Notes under the pieces: model-generated | What the model saw: only the letters and a program-made list of their open reading frames with translations | What the model was told of the DNA's origin: nothing | The model's database searches: none | From: Callorhinchus milii | Lineage: Eukaryota | NCBI RefSeq assembly: GCF_018977255.1 | Contig: NW_024704743.1 | Span: 16,370,001-16,434,000 of the forward strand | DNA: 64,000 nt | Reading direction: 5' to 3' | Shown: positions 53,923-64,000 of the stretch, piece by piece | Numbering within the stretch: the stretch's first letter is position 1 | Layout of the letters: every line of letters begins with the position of its first letter | Translations under genes and position numbers: made by a program

Positions 53923-54389
53923 TATCGCTGATCCCCTTATCCCACCATCGAGTGATAAAGCTTTCCTCTGAAACTCCCAAAATCGCCTCACTTTTCACGC
54001 ACTGCTTCACAAACCAGTCCAAATGCCTATCTCATTATCTATGATTTCATGTAACATCCTCAATCCCTCCAATCTTTGCTTGGTCAGTGTCCAGCATTGT
54101 CTCTGTGAAGCCCTATGAAATACAATCTTCAATGAAAGGGACCATTTTTGAATATCCTGGCTGGTGGGTGGCTGGATTAATCAGCATTTATCTTTCATGA
54201 TAAATCTTTTAGGTTTGACCAGGTGGTGACCAATGTTAAGTGTGGGTGGGTTGGGGGGATTTTTTTATAGGTCTATTAATTGTTTTTCTTGAGAATATAA
54301 AATAAATAAACCCTTGCATTTGACTTAATTTAATTGTTTGACTCCTTATAGCTCTCCAGAGTCTGTTGCAGTTTCATGACTACGAGACT

Positions 54390-54670
54390 AGATCCTTGCA
54401 TTTGACGTGGCACCTTATCACATTGCGCAGATGTCTCCAAGCGCTTCACAGGATATCCTGTAAAGTGGATTCACTGCGTATTTTGTGGGCAAAATGCAGC
54501 AGCCAATTGTGCACAGCAATGTCCCACAAACAGCCATGGAGTGAGTGACCATTATTTTATTTTGAGGGATCGTTAACCAGGACACCAGAAGAAACTCCCT
54601 TCTCTTTTTGAATAGTGCTGTGAGATTTTTAACATTAACCTGAACAGGCAGATGGGACTTCGTTTAATGT
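54390..54670 (-). mobile_element. SINE type B, 5'-truncated
   Basis: Tail plus Deu-like segment. Confidence 0.75.
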
Positions 54671-54924
54671 ATACCATCAAATCTGAGCGAGCTCATTCTA
54701 GCTGAGATTGTGTACCTTTCCAGCTCCACATGGCTATGTGCAGAATGTATTTATTCCAAGAAATAAACCATACAGAGTTCATGCGTTATCATAATAAGTG
54801 TTTGTTGAGCCTCAGAACTTGTTCAGGTTTCCCTCTGTTGGGGTTTTCAAAGGGATTTAATGCTGAGCTTCCACAGAACTACATGATCTGAATCAGTCCA
54901 ACTATTCATGCTGCTCCAAATGCA

Positions 54925-55085
54925 GCATTTAAAAGGGAATTGGATAAATATGTGTACAAAAGTATATTAGTACAGCAAGGTAGTGGAATAGGATTAGAGC
55001 AGATCACACTGTGGGAGCTAGCATCAGCACAGATACAACGGACCCAGTGACCTCCTTCAGTGCTGCAAACTTTCTAGGATCCTAG
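54925..55085 (+). mobile_element. CR1-like LINE 3' end. Similar pieces at about 51640-51770 (+) and 58750-58890 (-)
   Basis: tttaaaagggaattggataaatat encodes FKRELDKY, followed by a CR1-type 3' UTR. Confidence 0.6.
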
Positions 55086-57293
55086 AAAATCATAATCTAG
55101 CAAAAGAGAGCAGGGTTGTTTCCCTCAGTACAGCCTCCCTCACAACCTCCCCACTCCCAGAAGAATTGAATGCCACACAGCAAATCATGGTGACTACAAT
55201 AAATGAAGAGATGAAACTTGGAAATCTTTGATTTTTGTTTATATGAATCCTTCAAGCGCTAGCTTTTTGAAATCCACACCACTCATCTGTTCTCTATAAT
55301 ACACGAGGGAATCCAATTGTTAGTATTTGTAAACTTGGCCCAGTTGTGTTGCTGAATTTTTGTTTGCGAGACATCTTATTTTCGAAGGGCTTGTATAAAA
55401 TGGTCAGTTTTCATCCTTAAGCAAAACTGGTCTACGGATGCGATTAACAGATTTGGGAACACTGCCGCAGACAAGTGTATGAGGCAGATCACAGTGACCA
55501 GTGAACAAACAGTCAAGAGGAGATTGACCACTTCTTGAGTGAAAGAATTTGTGCGTTCTATTAGTGTAGTAATATACATTACTTACAGAAACATTTAATA
55601 AGTGAGTATGCTGCACAAGTACAAGATACAGCAATCAATCCTCTATCTTCATTTATCTTCAAGCGCTCCGGGACACTACCCTGTGTGAAGGGTGCTATAT
55701 AAATGCAAGTTGTTGTCTATTGAATGTGCAGTAATTTCTGAACACCGATTTAGTACTTCTCTGAAGGTCACCGAAGTTCTAGATGAAATATTTGCTGAAA
55801 TTGTGAAAATACTCTTGCATTTCACTTATTGATATATTCTGATCAAAATATTTTCCTCAAATTGCATGGTTCCTCCTTGTTGCAGCAGTAATTAGAAATG
55901 TGTTGGAATGTTTCATGCATCTTTTGAGTTGCTTTCCTGTAAAAGAAATAGTACTGGGTTTGGATGGGGGAGGTTTAACAAACATACATGCATTCAACGT
56001 CCTGCACTGTTTGGGATTGAATCAATCTGAGCAGCTGCAGTGTCACTAGTTTTACTGCAGTTAAGTGTAAAATGGCTTTTAAAAGTAAGTTGCAGGGTAG
56101 GGTATTGGGCCACCCATATGGAATTTAATATTAAACCAGTTACCTAGGTGTCAAAGTGCCCCCAGCTGCGAATGTTAATGTACAGCGACTCCGCTTTCTT
56201 TAAACTCTTTGGGCGAGACTGCTGCAGAGTAGGTAGATGCACCGAGCCTCCTTGCTCTGAATCGCTCTCCTAGTAGAGAATGCTTTCCATCGCTTCTGTG
56301 CTACAACTGAGGATTGAGCGTAAATCAGCAGGGTTATGTGAGATCTGGTCTCATTCAATCACTGCTCTGCAGAACTGTTTGTAAGGGAAGGGCCAGTTTA
56401 GGTCAGTTTTATTTTCATAGCCAAATGAAAGGTCTCTTAAGGTCTGCTCCAAATGACGATGTTATTATGAGACTATAACATCAAGCTCCTGAGATCTTCA
56501 TTTAAACTGGTGAGGATTCAATCTTCATCTTGAATTGTTTTGTATACAGGGTGCTCCAGACTAATACAAATCAATAATGCTAAATCTTATGAGTTGGAAC
56601 AAATTAAAATATATTATGGTGTAGGACTTTATCACCCAGAATTGATTCCCCCCCACCCCCACCTCTCTGCAGCTCAGGTTTGTCCTTTTTGAAGTGTAAG
56701 GGCAAAATGTCGCTCTGTTCATGTCTTGGTCCTGCTGGAAGTCAAAACTTGTTACTGGTTTCACCAGGTTTCCATAGAAACGGGGCTAGCTGTCATTTCA
56801 GCTCAGAACATTAATGGTTATATTTTGTGGGTTTGCAGGATTATTAAAATTTAACAAAATTATTGATTTTTCTTTTATTTACGGTCGTGGAGTTTTCTCA
56901 TGATACTCATGAGTGTATGTTCTCGTACTACAAAGCTTTTTGCACCACTGTTTGTTATGTAACCAGTAATATTAAAATGTTCCCTTTTTCCCAATCCCCG
57001 GAAAACGCTATTGCAAAATGATTGCGCAGTGCTTTTGAGTGCACTTTTCGCAATGTTTTAAACCGTCTCATGGTGGGTTTCCCAACTAAATGAAGTAAGT
57101 ATAAATATGCAAAATAGAAATAATGTGCAATTAAATGGCTGGATCAGTAAAAAGAAAAGAAAAGAAAGGTACCTTGTTTGAGCATCAGTGCTCTGTGACA
57201 GTGGTGAGGACCCAGGTCCTCTCATGAGTGACACACATAGGCTGTCAGGGATGGAAAGGTACGTCAAAGGGCAAGTTCAAACTGCGCCGCTGT

Positions 57294-57312
57294 TAGGCGC
57301 CCCCTACAGCCA
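57294..57312 (-). promoter_or_regulatory. Candidate CTCF site
   Basis: Minus strand tggctgtagggggcgcc resembles the consensus TGGCCACCAGGGGGCGC and lies in a small CpG-containing patch. Confidence 0.35.
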
Positions 57313-58894
57313 TATCGTTGGACCGGCTTCCCACTATCTACTCAGGAACTTTGCCTGTCCCGGAGGGTGGGGGAGGCCAAAGTTGGGAAACAGCCAAAGG
57401 AAAAAGGCCTGACAAGCGTATTTAAAAAGTGAAACAGCAGAAAACTCTAATTTTTAAATCCTTTTCGGAATTTTTATCAAGGAAATGCCTATTACAAACA
57501 TGGGAATTTTCATGTGTAGGTGGAATGCATCTACGAACTTGGTTTGGATACTGTTAAGCACAATTATGGGTTTCCGCATGTGTCAGACACCCGGTTGACA
57601 CTTTATTGTACTTTGACTTATTAAAATGACCGGTTTTGTTACTGAAACTATTTTTTTCCCACAAATAGGTTGATATCTCAGTTTAGCACTGGTCCAGTTA
57701 GTTATAGCATGGATGTATTGTACCATAGAACTTGCAGATATAATGCTGACTAGCTAGGTTCCTCCGATTTAAAAAAAATGTCTGAGCCTTCAAGGTACGA
57801 TTGACAACACATCCGCTGTTAAACTTGCTAAAGTTCCTTCCTGCGTGTGGAATGTGAGGTGTTGCAAATCTCACTTCTGTGAATCTAGGGATGCAGGAAG
57901 TGGTAGCCGTGAAGATCTGGAAGAAGGTTTGTTTTCTTGCTTTGTTTTAATGCGGTGGTCTGAGCTTATGGATCAACAACAGCATTATAATTGGGTTGTC
58001 CTGTAGTTACCGTAGGATAGCGTAGAGCATTATTTTAGTAAATGGACTGCTCACCGATGAGATCTTGTTTCTAATTCAGTCTAACTGATGGGATGGACAT
58101 CTCTCAGTCTGTGGTCTGTCAGGGTCCTTTGTGCAGTTATTTTGGTCGATTCTCAACCTATTTCCTCAGTGGGTATGTGCTTAGTGTATAAAACTACTCA
58201 ATTCAACACTGGATGAAGTTGCAGTACCTTTACTGCTCCAAGGAAAATGACGCATACTGATGAAATATTGGACTGCCCCTCTGAAGGAAAGAGAAGGAGC
58301 ATCTAACCGTTGCTGTATCTGAACTGGTGTGCTTGAAGTGACACCCACAATAACATCCCTCACAATGACGAGCAGAAAATAAAAACTAGCGTGCTGACTC
58401 TGTACTGTAAATCTGGTTAGGAAGAAGCTTGAGTGGAAGGTATGTCTCTAATGTTGTCTATCAATGGTAGGCAACTTTTCCAGAGGAGTGAGAGCTGTTC
58501 CCATAAAAGAGCATAGGAGATGTCCTTTTCTTTGAGAGAATCCCAGCCTAAATTAATTGATGCAATAAAACTTGCTTAATGTTGCTTGTAGTGAACAGTA
58601 GAAATGAATTTATTGCACCATAGGTTTGTTTAGAATTCTTGAGGTTTGTTACTTGGTTTCCCCTCTTTTATGGGATCAATTATGTGTTCAGTGGCTAAAT
58701 ATTGTGTATCTTTTCGATAGCGTTTAATTGTGTGAAGTTGAAGTTCAGACAACATAGAAACAGCATAGAAACTGGCCATTCCGCCCATCAAGTCTATGCT
58801 GATTGTCTTCTCCGCACGAACCACCCAATTCAGTACCACTCCCCAAACTGCTTAATAGTCTATTTCAAGTATCTAGCTAATTCCCTTTTTAATA

Positions 58895-59205
58895 AGAATA
58901 ATCCTTGCATTTGATATAGTACCTTATCATATCTTCGAGATGTCTCAGAGGGCTTCACAGAATATAGTGTGAAATGTAGTCAATATATATTTTGTGGGCA
59001 AAACGCGGCAGCCAATTGCACACAACAGTGTCCCACATACAGTCGTGGATTAAATCACCAATTTTGCTTTAGGGGATTATTACCCCCGAAAAGCGATCCG
59101 CCAATCGACTAACAGCCGGGTTCCTACTTACTGCTGGGTAAACAGGCGTGTGGAGTAAGGAAACTTGCCTGAGGTTTGTCCCTGCCCAGGAATCGAACCC
59201 AGGTC
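58895..59205 (-). mobile_element. SINE type A with internally deleted head
   Basis: Same centre and tail as the other copies; B-box GGTTCGATTCC. Confidence 0.85.
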
Positions 59206-59487
59206 CTCTCGCTACAGGACTCCACAGGCCTGTAGTCTGATATGAACACAGGGAGGGAATCTCTGAATGATGATACCCTGACACTCAAAATATAATGACA
59301 CATGAGGAACATGTATGACTTTTGAGCCTTCGGAGAGAGAGCGATATCAAGAATTCTCTTGATTGTAGGTTAAGCAGATTGCCGACGTTTGCTATATGAT
59401 GTACTCCATGTGGTTTAAGCTGTGCGTAATTTCCAAGTCTCGTTTATCCATTTAGGGCTTTTGGTGGGGGTGTCCGGTACCATCGCC

Positions 59488-59681
59488 TCATGGTCCAGCG
59501 GGGTAGGCCGTGGCCTTGCAGAAGCAGGGCTTGTGTGGCTGTTTTTCCAGGGCCAAAGCCCCCTCGTCCGGCTCGCAGTTGAGCATCTTTATTTTGTCGA
59601 TTTTGGAGTTCTTACCCTCCCAGTCGCAGCCGTGCTTTTTAGAGCAGTTTATAGACTCGGATTCATCTACAATTTGCACCA
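59488..59681 (-). other. Unidentified coding-like segment antisense in VPS41 intron 2
   Basis: High GC3, CpG-rich open frame VVQIVDESESINCSKKHGCDWEGK...KPCFCKATAYPAGP*, preceded by a possible acceptor. Confidence 0.35.
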
Positions 59682-60999
59682 CTGCACAAATGTTTTAAAA
59701 GGGAATTAGATGCATGTTTATTTAAATTCATGCTCTGTAACCTGTTTTAACGTATTGAATTATAAGACTACAATAATCTGATGCCACTGTCATATTGGAG
59801 ACTTTCAACAGCTGTGGGACTTAATAATAACTATAATATCCTTGCATTTGATGCAACGCCTTTTACGTCAGGAGGAAGCCTCAAACCGCTACGCAGAATA
59901 TGCTGTAAAATGCAGTGACTCTGTATTTTATAGGTGAACATGCCAGCCAATTTGCACACAACATTGTCCCACAAACAGCCATGAAGTGAATCACCAATGT
60001 TATTTGTGGGATTATTTGGGTCTTGATCATTAACTGTTAACAGAAGAAACTGCACTTAGCTGGATCTGTGATTTTAAAATCAGCTTCTGGAGATAACGTG
60101 GTAAGTTTTTTAGTCATGTATTTCATGTACGCTCACAAAGACATTGTGTAGGTGCTGGATTGCCCCCTGATCTTCCCCAGGGTACTTTAATAATTATTAT
60201 GTAAGAGTGCATCAGACTAACTGTGCAACCATTAACAAAGAAAATTATACCTTTTTTTTGCGATTTCCTTCATGAAACTTTGTCTCTCCCTGTTCATTGG
60301 ACATTTGTCCTTCACCCAGACTGACATATCTGGATTCTATGGATCTCTCTTACCTTCCATCATTTCTGGGTTGTTGCAGAAGTACAATGATTACCTCGTG
60401 CCTTCAGATGCTGTCTTCTCCCATTTGCTTGACTTTATGCCTTTTGTGCAACCGTATATTCAACCAGCAAAGCAGCCACTCTGCCTATTTAGCTCTAAGT
60501 GGGTGAGGTAGATCTCAATGTTTTCTGTAAAATACTTTCATCTTCATTTACCTTTACATTTGTGGTTTGAGTTCCTGTCCTCTCACCTTATACTGTGGTT
60601 AGTAGGACCCCTTGGTTGAAGTCCTACTGAATTGATGGCAGTCAAGGTTACCTGAGTGATGAGGTATGCTGAGGCGTTAAGTCTAGCTCCCAGGGTTGCG
60701 TTTACAGGGAAAGTTCATATTTAATCAGTTCTATTTGATTCTTTTACTGATGTTTTCTTTTATAGACAGAAACTTGGCCATTCAAGTGATGCTGGTGGCC
60801 AAGTCTTGCAGCCACCTGATGTATTGAGCAGTTTCTCTCTTTCACCTTTGCTTGCTCCCAACTTTAATCATTTGGCTCCTGTACTAGATCTGTTTCCCAT
60901 TCTGGACTATTTGTGCTGTTTTGAATGTTTTGCCCCTTTTGTTACCACTGCCAGATATCCTATTTGCTTCCAAAACTTATCCTGTTTGTACAAAACAAT

Positions 61000-61290
61000 G
61001 CAAATCAAATTTACAAGTATATACTGTAACACCTTTCACATGGGGAGGAAATCCCAAGGCACTTACCTATACAGGTTGGCTGGGGAGTGGAAAGCTGACT
61101 AAAAGTGTGGCCAAAAGGTAGGATTTGAGACAGACTTTGAGCAAGATGAGGGAGGGAGTCGGAGGGACTCTGGGATAGAGTTCCAGAGAGTAGGGGGCAG
61201 AAAGGCTGAAAGCCCGTCTACTGATGGTGGGGTGTGTAGGGTGGGGCACATGAATCAGGCCAGTCCTCACTGAGCAAAGGGAACACCTCG
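61000..61290 (-). mobile_element. Decayed L2 3' end
   Basis: TISRRAFSLSAP...LKVCLKSYL remnant. Confidence 0.7.
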
Positions 61291-61724
61291 ATCTGTCGGT
61301 TGTAATAGTACGAGTTGCAGTACAACGTTTTTCACATATCTTTCGTTGTGAACCTTCTTGCATCTGTAATTTTACACAATGGTCCACATCCGCTTTGTGA
61401 TGATAAATATCAGCCTCGCCTTACATACTCCGATGTATTGTTTGTCTCATGTGCTATATATGTTTAGATTTGCTATTGTATTGAAAGGACGGTGTTCACA
61501 AATTCAGTACAAAGTTCCAAAGCCTTGCTCGTTCCTACAGTGTTATATCTCCATAGTGGTAATGTTTCATTCTTAGACAGGTTCCGCCATGGAAGAAATA
61601 TTCTGAAGTGTCCTTGAATGATGCATTTCTTAGCATTTTGGAGCAGTGGAGCTTTTACATTTGTTGTATACCAGGCGGGAGGAGAATCACCAGGTCCTCT
61701 GTTGCAGTACTCGCAGATTTCTGG

Positions 61725-62190
61725 AGATCCACCATTCACAAATTCCAATTGATTCAAAACATTGACCCTCGTATCCTCGCCTGTACGAAATTCCTTGCTA
61801 GGCTCCAATGGCTCCCTGTCGCAAAACGGATCGATTTCAGGATCCTCATAATCACCTACAAATCACTTCATACCCTAGCATCACTCTATCTCTCGAACCT
61901 GCTCCTCTACCCAGCTTGGGCCTTCTGTATATTCATCGACCCCTCTGCTTCACATCAGAGGATGTGCTTTCAGCCAGTTCGTTCCGCAAGTCTGGACGTC
62001 CCTGCCTGAAACCCTCTGCCTATCACCTTCTTTGCCCATCTTCAGATCGCACCTGAAAACTTTCTTTCTTGACCATGCCTACAGTCACCTTCCTTTTCTC
62101 CCGCCTTGCTGTCAAGCTTCACCATTGTTCAGGGCTTGAAGACATTACTCCATGTGAAAGGAAGCTATATCAGTGCAAGTTATTGTTGTC
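61725..62190 (+). mobile_element. L2-clade LINE 3' fragment
   Basis: IHKFQLIQN...LQWLPVAKRIDFRILIITYKSLHTLASLYL followed by the tail. Confidence 0.85.
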
Positions 62191-63200
62191 TCTAACCCAC
62201 TGATATAGTTTTCTTTTACATTTAACTTTCATTTAACTTTTATCTCATGCTCCCCATGACATTTATCTATATAATGACCAATCTTTTATTGGTGGTTAAG
62301 TTGCATCAATCAAGGGCATCTGTGTTCACACACAGCGAATAATAGAGCTGTGTTTACATGTGGCCATAATGGACCCCATTATGAGCTCTTGTGCGATGAG
62401 ATTGAGACTATAATAGGATAGTTCATGTACTGTTACCATTGTGCACCAATAGTTTTTTAATTCGCTTATGAAGCAGAGCAAGTCTACAGTGGTGGTGCAT
62501 CCATCCTCATTATTATGGCCCTATAGCTTGATGTCTTAGAGGCTGCATCTCTCAGTGGAATGAGACTGGCATCTTTCAAAGCACATTTCATAAATGCACT
62601 TGTTTTGATGGACTCTTGGATGAGTTCAGTGCAACCTCATTTGTCCTGGGAAATGGAAGGTGTACAGATAATCCATAAATATATTGCAAATTTGAAAAGG
62701 AAACTGTTGTGAAATTCCTTTGTAGAAAAATGAAAAGCAGAGAAATAAAACGCGGAGATGTCGGTCAATATGGTTCAGTTGCAAATATCAGTCAATAGAT
62801 GCAAACCGAGTAGTCATGTAACGTATTGATTGAACACATTGCAAATACTATAATCAATGGACTGAACAATCTAGTACAGAGAACTGAGGTTATGTAAATA
62901 CAATAGTTGCATGTTTGCATTGTTAAAACGTAAGACCATAGGTAGGTAAAGTCGACCTGTTTTTTTTTCATCAAGGGCTCCGTGCTTACTTCAGTGTCCT
63001 ATGTTTAGAATGACATTGGGCAGATGTGAAGCAAGTTCTCTGTAGCCCTAACCAAAGTTGTAGCTAAGATTTATAAAAGCCTAAGTGGCAAGATTAAAAA
63101 GAGTCTTTCAGTGAAAGATTCAAAACATTTTGTGTTCTCTAACCTCCTTCCTCCCCTCCATAAATGGTGTTGGGAAGACAGGAGGCTGGAGAACCACCAT

Positions 63201-63540
63201 GTGGAGTCCTGTAGTGTATTGATTAGAGTAATCACCTCGCAAGCCGGTGGACCCTGGTTTGATTCGGGCAGGAGAAAACCATAGGCAAGTTTCCTTACTC
63301 CACATGCCTCTGATTAACTAGCAGTAAGTAGGAACCCGGTTGTTAGTCAATTGGCAGATCGCTTAAAAAATAATAATAATTTTGTTACTCAATCCACAAC
63401 TGTTTGTGGGACACTGTTATATGGAATTGGCTGCCGTGCTTCGCCCACAAAATATACAGTCAATCTTCTTTACAGTATATTCTATGAAGCGCTTTGAGAC
63501 ATCTCAACAATGTGATAAGGAGCTATATCAACTGCAAGAA
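63201..63540 (+). mobile_element. Full-length tRNA-headed SINE, type A (CORE-like centre, L2-type tail)
   Basis: Head gtggagtcctgtag with A/B-box-like motifs, centre ggcaagtttccttactccacatgcctctg, tail gaagcgctttgagac...gctatatcaactgcaag. Confidence 0.85.
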
Positions 63541-64000
63541 TTTTTTTCTTATGAATAGATGCTCATTTGCTCACTCACTAGTCTCAAAAAATATACTTGT
63601 GCATTTAGAAACAGAACAATAAATAGCTAACAAGCAGTTGAAGTGTTGTGCAACTGATGAATAAACTTACATTGAGACCTAATATTCCAGGCAATTGTTT
63701 TGGTGTCATCCTAACACAATTTTCCTGCATGGCTGCATTTTTCCTCTCAGACCTCTCTTGTATTTCTCCCACAGGAAGTCTTGTTGATGTGTTCTTCAGC
63801 TGCCATTTCGATGTGTTTCAGGTGGCAGAAGTTTAAGTGACAATGGTTTCTGAACGATGAGCAATGATGAGCAACAACTAGATAAGATGTGAAAATAAAT
63901 GTCTTAAAGGGAGCTTTGAAGCGATGTATTGTTAACGATATGCAAGATGCTCAGTGAGATCGAAATCAATCCAGAACAGAAATTGTAATAGGAAAGCCAG

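Noticed and set aside
52017..64000. VPS41 exon 3 (EEEPKLKYERL...)
   Set aside because: Not found by eye; it probably lies beyond the window.

Overview
Vertebrate genomic DNA, most likely a cartilaginous fish and possibly a chimaera, judged from the SINE, L2, CR1 and Penelope-type repeat content. It spans the head-to-head junction of two genes that are also divergent neighbours in human. POU6F2 is on the minus strand (coding exons 35235-35339 and 19109-19283, continuing left out of the window). VPS41 is on the plus strand (coding exons 45700-45717 and 51978-52016, continuing right). The ~10 kb between the two start codons is more than half tandem repeat. It holds a duplicated ~340-bp module, CA/GA microsatellites, a 2.8-kb G-rich GAGGCT/GGGCT array resembling an Ig switch region, and a 29x44-bp CCAAT-containing minisatellite ending ~310 bp before the VPS41 ATG. 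Introns carry many copies of two tRNA-headed SINE types sharing an L2-type 3' tail, L2 and CR1 fragments, a TSD-flanked hairpin element and an unidentified coding-like antisense segment. Nearly all long ORFs in the supplied track are repeat artefacts. Gene and repeat names come from recalled sequences, not from database searches. No clearly new biological system could be established; the findings are leads.
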